A DNA stretch of 55,888 nucleotides, from contig JBKBKV010000005.1 of assembly GCA_046294495.1 (NCBI GenBank), positions 1 to 55,888 on the forward strand, read 5' to 3'. Under the pieces are notes generated by a model. The model ran no database searches. It was not told the DNA's origin and saw only the letters and a list, made by a program, of their open reading frames with translations. The position numbers were made by a program, and so were the translations under genes. This document shows, one piece after another, positions 18,320-27,570 of this stretch. Position 1 is the first letter of the stretch, and every line of letters starts with the position of its first letter. This stretch comes from Dehalococcoidia bacterium. GTDB lineage: Bacteria; Chloroflexota; Dehalococcoidia; Lucifugimonadales; HRBIN23.

Positions 18320-19915
18320 ATGCCCGTTGACCCTGTATCCCTGGAGGTGTTCCGCAACCTATTCGCCTCGGTGGCCGAGGAGATGGGCGTTGCCCTGGGG
18401 CGCACCGCCTTCTCCCCCAACATCAAGGAGCGGAAGGACTACTCCTGCGCCCTCTTTGATCCCCAGGGCAACATGGTGGCCCAGGCCGCCCACATCCCGG
18501 TCCACCTGGGCTCCATGCCCGCCTCGGTGCAGGCGGCTATCGCCCACTTCACCTTCGCCACAGGGGATATCGTAATCCTCAACGACCCCTATATGGGAGG
18601 CACCCACCTGAACGATGTAACCCTGGTGGCCCCCGTCTTTGTGGGGGAGACGCTGGTGGGGTTCGTGGGCAACCGTGGACACCACGCCGATATCGGGGGG
18701 ATGACCCCCGGCTCCCTCCCACTCTCCACCGACCTATACCAGGAGGGTTTCATCTTCCCTCCCCTGAAACTGGCCAAGGGGGGCGTCCTCAACGAGGAGG
18801 TCATAACCCTGTTCTGCCGCAACTCCCGCACCCCCGAAGAGCGCAAGGGCGACCTGGCGGCCCAAGTCGCCGCATGCCGCACAGGGGAACGCCGTCTGCA
18901 AGACCTGGTGCACCGCTATGGGTGGGAGACGGTGCGGGAGCATATGTCCGCCCTGCTGGACTACGCCGAGCGCCTTACTCGCGCCGCCATCCGCTCTATG
19001 CCAAAAGGCTCCTACTCCTTCCGGGATTATATGGACGACGACGGCCTAACCAACGAGCCGGTGCCCATCCAGGTAACGGTGCGCATCCTGGAGGACTCCA
19101 TAGAGTTTGACTGGACGGGGACCAGCCCCCAGCGTCTGGGGTGCACCAACACGCCCCTGGCGGTGGCGGTGTCGGCGGTGCTTTATGTGATGCGGTGTAT
19201 CCTGGGGGAGCAGGTGCCCGCCAACCAAGGCATCCTGCGTGCCGTGCGCATCATCGCCCCCGAGGGGACGCTGGTGAACCCTCACCCTCCCGCCGCCGTG
19301 GCCGGGGGCAATGTGGAGACCTCCCAACGCCTAGTGGATGTGCTGCTGGGAGCACTGGCCCAGGCCCTACCACACCTTATCCCCGCCGCCAGCCAGGGCA
19401 CCATGAACAATGTCCTGGTAGGCGGGCACGACCCCATCCGTAACAAGACCTTCGCCTACTACGAGACCATCGCCGGGGGTATGGGCGCCAGCCCCACCAA
19501 AGACGGCCTCTCGGCCGTCCATACCCATATGACCAACACCATGAACACCCCCGTAGAGGCCCTGGAGATGGTGTATCCCCTACGGGTGCGCCGCTACACC
19601 ATCCGCCGAGGCTCCGGGGGGCAAGGCAAATACCGGGGCGGGGATGGCATCATCCGCGATCTGGAGTTCCTGGCCCCCGCCACGGTAACGGTGCTGTCGG
19701 AACGGCGGCGTTCCCGTCCCTGGGGTTTGCAGGGAGGCGAGCCTGGTCAGCCGGGGGAGAACATCCTCCTGAAGGGAGGGATAGAGGAGGTGCGTCTGCC
19801 TCCCAAGGTTACCCTTCGGGTAGATACTGGGGATTTGGTGAGCATCCGCACACCAGGAGGTGGCGGATGGGGCAAAGCAGACACCCCACCCACAGACCAG
19901 CGAGGTGAAAGATGA
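18320..19915 (+). CDS. Hydantoinase B / oxoprolinase family protein
   Basis: [23 protein letters not shown]...[16 protein letters not shown]...[15 protein letters not shown] is the HyuB signature region. No HyuA-type partner is adjacent. Confidence 0.85.
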   Translation: MPVDPVSLEVFRNLFASVAEEMGVALGRTAFSPNIKERKDYSCALFDPQGNMVAQAAHIPVHLGSMPASVQAAIAHFTFATGDIVILNDPYMGGTHLNDVTLVAPVFVGETLVGFVGNRGHHADIGGMTPGSLPLSTDLYQEGFIFPPLKLAKGGVLNEEVITLFCRNSRTPEERKGDLAAQVAACRTGERRLQDLVHRYGWETVREHMSALLDYAERLTRAAIRSMPKGSYSFRDYMDDDGLTNEPVPIQVTVRILEDSIEFDWTGTSPQRLGCTNTPLAVAVSAVLYVMRCILGEQVPANQGILRAVRIIAPEGTLVNPHPPAAVAGGNVETSQRLVDVLLGALAQALPHLIPAASQGTMNNVLVGGHDPIRNKTFAYYETIAGGMGASPTKDGLSAVHTHMTNTMNTPVEALEMVYPLRVRRYTIRRGSGGQGKYRGGDGIIRDLEFLAPATVTVLSERRRSRPWGLQGGEPGQPGENILLKGGIEEVRLPPKVTLRVDTGDLVSIRTPGGGGWGKADTPPTDQRGER

Positions 19916-20352
19916 CCACCAGCCGCATACGCACTGTTACCGTCCGCTCCCTTACCAACTATCGGGTCGAGGTAACCGCCCGGGGCCACACCTTCCTGGG
20001 GGATGAGCCTCCCCCCGAAGGGGAGGATGCAGGCCCCTCCCCTTACGAGTTCCTGCTGGCCTCCCTGGGCACCTGAACGGTAATCACGCTCCTCATGTAT
20101 ATGAGGAGGAAAGGGTGGGCGGTAAACTCCATTACCGCCATCGTGTCCCACCAGCGGGTGCCCGCCAACCAGAAGCCACCACAGGAAGGCCCCCAATCCC
20201 TAGAAGACCTGATCCGCCTGGAGGTTACCGTCCACGGGAACCTGGACGAGGAGCAGAAGGCCCGCCTCACGGAGATTATGGGGCGGTGCCCCGTGCACCG
20301 CACCCTCTCCCGCCCACCTCGCTTTGAGGAGACCCTGGAGGTTGTCCCCTAA
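19912..20352 (+). CDS. OsmC/Ohr-family peroxiredoxin-like protein with in-frame TGA (codon 55), candidate selenoprotein (alternatively a nonsense pseudogene)
   Basis: A single frame runs from ATG 19912 (ATGA overlap with the hyuB stop) through TGA 20074-20076 to TAA 20350-20352. The context is PSPYEFLLASLGT[TGA]TVITLLMYMRRKGW and, later, GRCPVHRTL, i.e. the two conserved OsmC Cys positions, with the first replaced by TGA. Confidence 0.65.
20089..20108 (+). promoter_or_regulatory. Candidate bacterial SECIS hairpin
   Basis: Perfect 8-bp stem CTCCTCAT/ATGAGGAG with loop GTAT. The stem starts 13 nt after the UGA. The apical loop starts 20 nt after the UGA and begins with GU. Confidence 0.5.
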
Positions 20353-20371
20353 CCCCTCTTGTCAGGGAGCG

Positions 20372-21175
20372 CTACTGCCCCTTGAAGGCTGGCTGGCGCT
20401 TCTCCAGGAAGGCCGCCACCGCTTCCCGATGGTCGTCGGTCAGGAAGGTGATGCCCTCCAGGGAGAGGGAGGTATCCAGCACCAGGTTCATATATTCCTT
20501 GACGATCTTGTTTACCGAATACTTGGTCCACTTGATGGCCTTGGTAGGCCCCTTGGCCAAGCGTGTAGCGAACTTGATAGCCTCGTCCAGGGCTTGCCCC
20601 TCTGGCACCACCTTATTGATAAGCCCGATGCGCTCCGCCTCCTCCGCCGACATCAGGTCGCCGGTCATCAGATACTGTTTAGCCCGCGCAACGCCACACA
20701 GGAGTGGCCAGATAACCGCTCCACCATCCCCAGCCACCAAACCCACCCGCACATGTGGGTCGCCGATGCGGGCGTTGCGGGCGGCGAAGATGACATCGCA
20801 GAAGAGGGCGAGGGTAGCACCTAGCCCCACAGCATCGCCGTTGACGGCGGCGATAATAGGGGCCTCCACCTCCAGCATGTTACGAATGAGGTGGCGCCCG
20901 CCTCTGGTAGGGGCGATGCCCCGCACCGGGTCAAAGCCCCGCTCCCGCATGCCCTGAATATCCCCCCCGGCGCAGAAGGCCCTCCCAGCCCCTGTTAACA
21001 CAATGGCGCGCACATCTGGGTCCCTGTCCAGGTCAACCCATATATCCTCTACCTCTAGATGCATAGCCGGGTGGATGGCGTTGAGGCGGTCTGGGCGGTT
21101 CAGGGTAACAATGGCCAGGCCGTCCTGTTTCTCCACCTTCAGGAACTGGTAGCGGCTGTAGTCAGGCATACCCAC
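20372..21175 (-). CDS. Enoyl-CoA hydratase/isomerase (crotonase) family protein
   Basis: VTLNRPDRLNA, LTGAGRAFCAGGDI, AAVNGDAVGLGATLALFCD: canonical crotonase oxyanion-hole motifs. Confidence 0.85.
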   Translation of the reverse strand: MGMPDYSRYQFLKVEKQDGLAIVTLNRPDRLNAIHPAMHLEVEDIWVDLDRDPDVRAIVLTGAGRAFCAGGDIQGMRERGFDPVRGIAPTRGGRHLIRNMLEVEAPIIAAVNGDAVGLGATLALFCDVIFAARNARIGDPHVRVGLVAGDGGAVIWPLLCGVARAKQYLMTGDLMSAEEAERIGLINKVVPEGQALDEAIKFATRLAKGPTKAIKWTKYSVNKIVKEYMNLVLDTSLSLEGITFLTDDHREAVAAFLEKRQPAFKGQ

Positions 21176-21241
21176 CTCCTTCGCCTTTTGCGCCTCTGAA
21201 GTGCCGCCTCAAGGATACCACATGTCGCCCTAGCGGACATA

Positions 21242-22666
21242 CTACAAGTGCGGGCGCCTAAGGCGCCCACGGATTTCCTGCTCCAGGGCATAACCCACCC
21301 GCAGGACAGTGGGTTCAGCAAGGGGAGCACCCACAATTTGCAGGCCAATGGGAAGGCCTTCGTGGCTGTAAGCACAAGGCACCGAGAGGGCGGGCACGCC
21401 TGTGAGATTGAAAGGGCTGACGAAGCGGGTGAGAGCCGTGCGCACTTCCACCGAGCGCCCCCCAACGCTTACCCGCTCTGCCCCAATGGGTGGGGCAGTA
21501 ATGGGGCAGGTGGGAAGCAGGAGTGCATCCACCCTCCGAAGAACATCTAGAAGGCTCTGGAGAGCCTTGCGCCGCACCTGCTGAGCTTTCAGGTAAAGGG
21601 TGCCAGGGAGGGCCATCCCAGCCAGAAGACGCACCAGCACATCCTCACCGTAGTCTTGGGGGCGCTCCCTAACCCAGCGCTCGTGCACTGCCGAAGCCTC
21701 GGCCATAAGGATGGCTATGTGGGCACCGGGCACATCTTCCACCCCTGGCCAGGAGACCTCCTCTATCCTTGCCCCAAGCCCTTCTAGAGCGTGGACAGCG
21801 TCCCTAAAGGCCTGGTCCACTTCTGTGTCCACTAATGTGAAGATGCCCTCCGTGAGCACACCCAACACTATCCCCTTTACGCCCTTGTCCAGGCCCCGCA
21901 GGTAAGGGGCCGACGGCGAGGGGTCCGAGCCCGGGTCGGCTGGGTCGTGCCCAGCGATAACGCTCAGGAGCAGCGCAACATCTTCTACTGTGCGCGCCAT
22001 AGGGCCTACATGGTCCATTGACCACGCCAGGGGGAACACTCCCCGTCGGCTCACACGCCCGTAAGTGGGCTTGAGGCCAACAATACCACAAAGGGCCGCC
22101 GGGATGCGGATAGAACCTCCTGTGTCAGTGCCTAGAGAAATGGGGAACAGGCCGGCGGCCAGGCCTGCCCCCGACCCTCCGGAAGAGCCGCCAGGGATAC
22201 GGGAGGTGTCCCAAGGGTTACGGGTGGCTCCGTAGTGGGGGTTGGTGGTGGTAATACCGTAGGCGAACTCGTGGAGGTTCAGTTTGCCCAGGAGAATAGC
22301 CCCAGCCCCCTTCAGGCGCTGGACCACAGGGGCATCCTCCTTTGGGACACGGCCCTGCAGGATACGGCTCCCGACAGTAGTCGGCAGGCCAGCCGTGTCA
22401 AAGATGTCCTTTAGGGCGACAGGGACACCGTGCAGAGGGCCCCGCCACGCCCCCTGCCGCGCCTCCTCCTCCAGACGGCGTGCCTCTTGGAGGGCTTCTT
22501 CAGGGTATAGGGCAATGTAGGCATTCAGGGCATCGTTCAGGTTCTGCCCTCGCTCCAGCAAGGCGCGAGTCACTTCAACCGGGGAAAGGCGCTTGCGCCT
22601 TATAAGGCGGGCTGCCTCCCGCGCCGAAAGCCAGCACACTTCGTCCGCGGTTGCTAGTGAGCGCAC
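21242..22666 (-). CDS. Amidase-signature family amidase (GatA-like)
   Basis: GGSSGGSGAGLAAGL...GTDTGGSIRIPAALCG is the AS-family Ser-cisSer-Lys signature block. Its start overlaps the upstream methyltransferase stop. Confidence 0.85.
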   Translation of the reverse strand: MRSLATADEVCWLSAREAARLIRRKRLSPVEVTRALLERGQNLNDALNAYIALYPEEALQEARRLEEEARQGAWRGPLHGVPVALKDIFDTAGLPTTVGSRILQGRVPKEDAPVVQRLKGAGAILLGKLNLHEFAYGITTTNPHYGATRNPWDTSRIPGGSSGGSGAGLAAGLFPISLGTDTGGSIRIPAALCGIVGLKPTYGRVSRRGVFPLAWSMDHVGPMARTVEDVALLLSVIAGHDPADPGSDPSPSAPYLRGLDKGVKGIVLGVLTEGIFTLVDTEVDQAFRDAVHALEGLGARIEEVSWPGVEDVPGAHIAILMAEASAVHERWVRERPQDYGEDVLVRLLAGMALPGTLYLKAQQVRRKALQSLLDVLRRVDALLLPTCPITAPPIGAERVSVGGRSVEVRTALTRFVSPFNLTGVPALSVPCAYSHEGLPIGLQIVGAPLAEPTVLRVGYALEQEIRGRLRRPHL

Positions 22667-23274
22667 AGAACACCTGCCTCTATGGGTGGTCTACTGGCCT
22701 GCACCGTTACCAGCAGCCCCCCCAAGTAGCGCTCCACCCTAGACAGCGTGAAGCCCGCCTCCTTCACCAGGGCTATTGTATCCCGGTCCAGGTGGCATCC
22801 CCCGGCCAGGTGCTTCCAGAGGGGCGTGGCGGCGCTCTGGAGCCAGGCGAGGGAACCCTTTGGATAGCGCACATGCTCCAGGGCCACTAGCAATCCCCCA
22901 GGACGCAGCACCCGATACACTTCCCTCAGCCCGTGCAAAGGGTCAGGAACCGTGCAGAAGACAAGTTGGGCTACAACCAGGTCAAAAATCCCGTCAGGGA
23001 AAGGGAGAGCCTGGGTATCTCCTTGGACGGGGTGAAGAGCAACCCCCCAGCGTGCCGCCTTTTGGCGCGCCCGATACAGGAAGGGGCGACGGGGGTCCAG
23101 CCCCAGCACGGCCTGCCCTGGGGCATAGGCTTGCAGGCCCAATCCCGTGCCGATGCCTATCTCCAGGACCACTTGAGAGGCCAGGCCGTTCAGTAATCGG
23201 CGTCGGAGGCCTGCCAGACCAAACCGTTCCAAGGGTGCGAGGCCCTGGTCATAGAAGGTTTCAAACAGCCCCAT
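22654..23274 (-). CDS. Class I SAM-dependent methyltransferase
   Basis: Motif I VLEIGIGTGLGL, then acidic-loop and Methyltransf_11-like motifs (LRPGGLLVALEH). Confidence 0.8.
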   Translation of the reverse strand: MGLFETFYDQGLAPLERFGLAGLRRRLLNGLASQVVLEIGIGTGLGLQAYAPGQAVLGLDPRRPFLYRARQKAARWGVALHPVQGDTQALPFPDGIFDLVVAQLVFCTVPDPLHGLREVYRVLRPGGLLVALEHVRYPKGSLAWLQSAATPLWKHLAGGCHLDRDTIALVKEAGFTLSRVERYLGGLLVTVQASRPPIEAGVLCAH

Positions 23275-23346
23275 ACCCAGCCTCTTCGCGGGGGCAAGGC
23301 CTGCCTAAACTTTACCCTGCTGTGGGGGAAGCGTCAAGGTGGTGGG

Positions 23347-24894
23347 TCAGGGTGGGAGTGGACGGAACGCCCGGCAATCGGGGCAAAGACCGGTAAAGCC
23401 ATGGAGGTTGGCGATACCCTGCTGGGCCATCAGACTTTCCACACGCTTTACCAAAGCCAGGGGCATGAAGGGGCGGCCACAGGAGCGGCATACCGCCTGC
23501 TCCGTCCTCGCTAGCACCCTAGGGCCTTGGGCAAGGGTAGTGGTGTCCACGCCCTGCCATAGGCTTATGGCCCTCTCGGGGCAGGCGGGAACGCACAGGG
23601 CGCAGGCCGTGCACCGTGCTGGGTTGAAAGTTAGCGCCACTTCCCCCTCACTTTCCTGGATGGCGAGGGCCTGCGGGGGGCAGAGGGTGGCACAGGTGCC
23701 ACAGAGAGTGCAAGCCGTGCTCACCTGCACTACGCCAAGGGGAACGAAAGAGTGCTCCTGATGCACCCTCGCACTGGCGCGCTGGGCCAGGGCCAGAAGG
23801 AGGGCGGGGAGGCCATCTTCACGAGAGGTTTCCAGGGGGGCAAGGGACGGAAGGGTAGCCAAACGGTGCAGGGTATCAGCCTGCGCCCCTTTGTCGGATG
23901 GCAAGATGGCCAGGCGCTCTCGTCCCAAACCCAGGGCCTCCAGCAAGTCGGCCAGGGCCTGTATCCGCCCACGCACGACGGGCGAGGCCCGATGGGGGCA
24001 ATGGGCGGCGTCGGGGAGAGCCACGCCCGTTCCCCCCAGGCCAAAGACCAGCAAGAGCACCTCCAGGGGGAGCATCCCCAGGCAAGGCACCTCAACCTGG
24101 AATATGGAGGGTGGGGGGCTGTCGTCGCCTTGAGGCAGGGCGCCACAGGGGCAGGTAAAGGCGATCACACGCTGGGAGAGGCGTTCTTGGGGGAAGGTCA
24201 GGAGGGCGTGCACCTCGGCCCGCAGGGGGGATATGCCATTGGCAGGGAGGTTTATGGCCTGCACAGGGCAGGATGGAGCGCACAGCCCACAGCCCTCGCA
24301 CCGCTCCCGCACCACCCTAATGGCTCCATCTCCCTCCTCCAGGGCTTGGTAGGGGCAGGCCCCGAGGCACAGGCGACACCCCTGCTCGGCGGCGCACAGG
24401 TCCTCCTTTACTACCGCCACCTCCTGGTAGCGCACTGGGGGAAGGCGAAAGAGGGCGCGCCGGCTAACGGGCGTAGAAAGGGACGCAAGGCGCAGGCGAA
24501 CGGCATCAGGCGATACCTCCGGGGAGGCCTGAAGGCGGGCGACAGCCCCTGCCAGAAGCAGGGTGGCTCTGGCCAAGGCCATCTCCTGGTCAGGGACGGG
24601 CCTATGCCACCCCTTCAGGTCAACGGTGCGGAGGCTCAGGGAGGCAAGGCGCACCCGCTGGACCTCCCGTTCAAAGGCCATACGGTGCTCCTTCTCGGCA
24701 CAGGCACCTACTACAACCCCCTCTGCCTGGCACTCAAGGGCTATTCGGGCCAGTAGGGCAGGCTTCTGGCAGAGCGCCTCTGGCCCGCGCACAACTACAC
24801 CCGGGAAGTGCCCCCCAAGGGAGCGGCGGATGTGCTCCAGGTCTACGCCGTTCAGCCCGGCGCAGTAACACAGGGCAACCAGGATGCGGCGCAT
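23347..24894 (-). CDS. Cytoplasmic polyferredoxin: four CxxCxxCxxxCP motifs, N-terminal MvhD/FlpD-like Cys region, C-terminal Zn-ribbon-like CxxC...CxxC
   Basis: CRLCLGACP, CEGCGLCAPSCP, CTLCGTCATLCP, CTACALCVPACP. N-terminus ILVALCYCAG...EGVVVGACA. C-terminus CRSCGRPF...LCPDCRAF. No signal or Tat motif. Confidence 0.7.
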   Translation of the reverse strand: MRRILVALCYCAGLNGVDLEHIRRSLGGHFPGVVVRGPEALCQKPALLARIALECQAEGVVVGACAEKEHRMAFEREVQRVRLASLSLRTVDLKGWHRPVPDQEMALARATLLLAGAVARLQASPEVSPDAVRLRLASLSTPVSRRALFRLPPVRYQEVAVVKEDLCAAEQGCRLCLGACPYQALEEGDGAIRVVRERCEGCGLCAPSCPVQAINLPANGISPLRAEVHALLTFPQERLSQRVIAFTCPCGALPQGDDSPPPSIFQVEVPCLGMLPLEVLLLVFGLGGTGVALPDAAHCPHRASPVVRGRIQALADLLEALGLGRERLAILPSDKGAQADTLHRLATLPSLAPLETSREDGLPALLLALAQRASARVHQEHSFVPLGVVQVSTACTLCGTCATLCPPQALAIQESEGEVALTFNPARCTACALCVPACPERAISLWQGVDTTTLAQGPRVLARTEQAVCRSCGRPFMPLALVKRVESLMAQQGIANLHGFTGLCPDCRAFRPLPP

Positions 24895-24904
24895 GGCTTA
24901 CCCC

Positions 24905-25612
24905 CTATCTCCGCTTGGGGGGCGAAGCGGTTCCCCTGCGCAGATGCTCAATCACAGCGTTTACCAGCCCCTGCTCATGGAATACAAAAGCCACCGCACC
25001 TTCTGCTACAGTAGCATAGAAGGAGGAGGCGTTGTGCTGAGACAATGCTCGGGCCAAAAGGGGGAGCCACTGGACAAGGTGCTCCTCAAGAAATGCCTTC
25101 TCCTGCTCCAGCATTGCCACACCAGCGGCTAGGTCTTTTCTCCGCCACGCCTGGCCCTCGCGCTCACACAGGAAAGCCATGAACTCCAACTCCACACTGA
25201 TGTGGTCCGGCGGGTATCCCGCAGTGGAGAGGGTAAGGTCGGCGGCCCGATAGTGTTCCAGGAGCCTCGCCAGCAGAAGCCCTGCATCGGCGCCCAACAG
25301 GCCTCGGCATACTCCTTCCCGCGGGGATAGAGGGGCTCTTTCCGTCCCCCGGGAGAAGAGGCGCATATACTCCTCCTGCAAACGCGGGAGGTCCGAGGTG
25401 GTAAGAGCGGTGAGAGCCTGGAACAGGCGTCGCCAGGTTGGAAAAAGGTCAAAGCCCAGAAGGGGATAGCGCTCCAGAACATAAGCCACTTGTGCCAGCG
25501 TGGACAGGCGCTCCCCCTCTGGGTAGAAGAAGAGGTCGGCTAGAAAGCGATAGGCTGCCTGGCGTGCTTGGGCCAGGCGTGGCAAAGGCGTGCCGGGGTA
25601 ACTAGATGCCAC
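24905..25612 (-). CDS. TorD/DmsD/NarJ-family molybdoenzyme maturation chaperone
   Basis: 235 aa, all-helical. RQAAYRFLADLFFYPEG...EEYMRLF...PDHISVELEFMAFL matches the TorD-like family signature (E-Y-x-LF, PDH-x-x-EL-F). Confidence 0.7.
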   Translation of the reverse strand: MASSYPGTPLPRLAQARQAAYRFLADLFFYPEGERLSTLAQVAYVLERYPLLGFDLFPTWRRLFQALTALTTSDLPRLQEEYMRLFSRGTERAPLSPREGVCRGLLGADAGLLLARLLEHYRAADLTLSTAGYPPDHISVELEFMAFLCEREGQAWRRKDLAAGVAMLEQEKAFLEEHLVQWLPLLARALSQHNASSFYATVAEGAVAFVFHEQGLVNAVIEHLRRGTASPPKRR

Positions 25613-25688
25613 AACCCTTCCCTTCCCCCTATCTTATCCCTGCGCCCCCCACGGCGGCTAGGGGCCTCAAGGCCGGCTCGCCTCATCG

Positions 25689-26990
25689 CTACCTTCCTTC
25701 CTCCTGCACCTCCATGATAGGGAACAACTTGATGAAGAGGAGGTATAGGAACATCCCCAGGGCGAAGAGGCCCAGGACAACGCTGTATTCCACCCAGGTG
25801 GGTGCGTAGTAACCGGGGCCGTAGGGCAGGAGGGCACCGTGAGTCAGCGAGGGGACTACGATCAGGTAGCGCTTGCCGATGGCTGCCAGGTTCACCAGCA
25901 CGCCGCTGAGGACGATGAGAGGCAGGGAGTAACGCCTCACAAGGGCTTGCCCAGCGCCAAGGGCGACAGAGAGCACGAACAGCCCGCCCGAGAGCCAGAA
26001 GAGCCAGGCGTATTGGCCCTTCAGCAGAGCATCCGTTACCTGAACCTCGTAGCCAGGGCCTGCATAGCCGCTGGCCAGGAACTCAAGCAGCAGGAAAGAG
26101 ATGTAGATTATGGTGAGCGCCATCAGGAGGTTGCTGAGCCAAGCGAAGACCCGTGGGTTCAACCGCTCCCGCTCCCCCAACACCTCCCGGAGGACGGCTG
26201 CGATGACGATGATAATCCCCGTAGCCGAGACCCCTGCCAGCACCACGAAACTGGGGCCCTGAAGGGCGCTATACCACCCCGGCCGTCCCCACTGGATGCC
26301 GAACACCAGACCCGAAGTGGAGGCTGCCACTACGCCCGCCACCAGCAGGACAAGGGCCAGTCCCAGACTGACCCGCTGGCGCCTCTCCTGTTGGCGCTGC
26401 CTCTGCGCCTCGGAGGTCATGGGGTAGCCTGCGGCTATAGCGCGCAGGAACCTTCGCCACCCGGTGGACTGGCGGGCGAGAAGGGCGGCATCCCGGCGGC
26501 TATCTAGGTAGAGATAGGTGGCAGTGGCCACTAGAGAGGTGATTACCCCCACGCTGAAAGTGCCGAAGAAGGGGGACATGGGCCGGGCATAGCGGAGAAG
26601 GTTCACGATGGCCCTGACGGGCTGACCTACATCGGCAATGATGCTCAAGGCCCCGACCAGCAAGGCAGCCAAAGCCGTCAGACCAAGGGGCCTACTTAGA
26701 GGGTGCAGATGGGAAAGCCCCATCAGGCGGACAAGGGCCAGCAAAACCATAGCCCCAAACCCTACCCCCACCGCGTAAAGCTCAAAGGCCACATACAGCC
26801 CCCAAGTGGCCCCGGCCGTGGTGCCCACATCCCGCATGCCCGTCGCGACCTCCCCTTCCATAACTTGGCGGGCGTAGGCATAAGCCCCCAAGCCCACCAG
26901 GGCCAGGAGGCCCAGGGTAATAAGAAGCCACCCAACACCAACGCGCCCCATGCCGTAGGGAAGAGCCCTCGCTTCTGCACGCGTTGCCAT
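25689..26990 (-). CDS. NrfD/PsrC-family integral membrane quinone-interacting subunit (paralog 2)
   Basis: About 10 predicted helices and highly similar to 30140-31486 along the full length. AAGGAGGAGG lies 6 nt before ATG 26990. Confidence 0.8.
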   Translation of the reverse strand: MATRAEARALPYGMGRVGVGWLLITLGLLALVGLGAYAYARQVMEGEVATGMRDVGTTAGATWGLYVAFELYAVGVGFGAMVLLALVRLMGLSHLHPLSRPLGLTALAALLVGALSIIADVGQPVRAIVNLLRYARPMSPFFGTFSVGVITSLVATATYLYLDSRRDAALLARQSTGWRRFLRAIAAGYPMTSEAQRQRQQERRQRVSLGLALVLLVAGVVAASTSGLVFGIQWGRPGWYSALQGPSFVVLAGVSATGIIIVIAAVLREVLGERERLNPRVFAWLSNLLMALTIIYISFLLLEFLASGYAGPGYEVQVTDALLKGQYAWLFWLSGGLFVLSVALGAGQALVRRYSLPLIVLSGVLVNLAAIGKRYLIVVPSLTHGALLPYGPGYYAPTWVEYSVVLGLFALGMFLYLLFIKLFPIMEVQEEGR

Positions 26991-27039
26991 ATGTATCCTC
27001 CTCCTTGTGTTGTTTGGCACTGAACCCTTGGCTTGCACC

Positions 27040-27570
27040 TTATCCTATACCCTGTCTCACCTTATTCCGCACCACCCTAAACCCAAAGACCACCCGGTGG
27101 CCGTGGTCCAGGTCATGGCAAACCACAGACTCCTGGCTTACCCCCTCTCCCCGGAGGCACCGGCCCACCGCCCATTCCAGACGGGAGCGGACCAGGGGAC
27201 AGAGACCTGGAGTAACAGTGTCTTCTGTGAAAAGGAACCTCTGCCCTACCCGGAAGCGCTGGCCCAGGGGGCACACCCCCTGTGCCTGAATCACGCGAGC
27301 GATGGCCACCACTTGGGGAACCGTGTGCTCCACATTTCGGGACGCCTCCAACCGGCACCCCCCATGCTTTCGCTCTCGCACCCACCCCACAAGAGCCGTC
27401 ACCTGTATCACAAACAGACCAACCACCGCCGCGAGGGCCAGCAGCAGGGCCAGGAGATAGCCGCCAAACATACCAATCGCCAGCAACAGGGCTATGCCAA
27501 TCCCCGCCAAGACCCTCCTCAGAGCCGAGGCCCGGCCTACCTTTTCCACCTCAGTATCAACGCCCTTCAT
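27040..27570 (-). CDS. Membrane-anchored protein with C-terminal TIGR04076-like Cys domain (paralog of 3979-4527)
   Basis: N-terminal helices (VLAGIGIALLLAIGMFGGYLLALLLALAAVVGLFVIQVTALVG), then GVCPLGQRFRVGQRFLFTED..TPGLCPLV..VVCHDLDHGHRVVFGFRVVR. AAGGAGGTGG precedes the ATG. Confidence 0.5.
   Translation of the reverse strand: MKGVDTEVEKVGRASALRRVLAGIGIALLLAIGMFGGYLLALLLALAAVVGLFVIQVTALVGWVRERKHGGCRLEASRNVEHTVPQVVAIARVIQAQGVCPLGQRFRVGQRFLFTEDTVTPGLCPLVRSRLEWAVGRCLRGEGVSQESVVCHDLDHGHRVVFGFRVVRNKVRQGIG

Noticed and set aside
23752-24756. 334-aa plus-strand ORF
   Set aside because: Antisense to the polyferredoxin gene, whose four CxxCxxCxxxCP motifs fix the real frame. Gly/Gln/Pro-rich shadow ORF.
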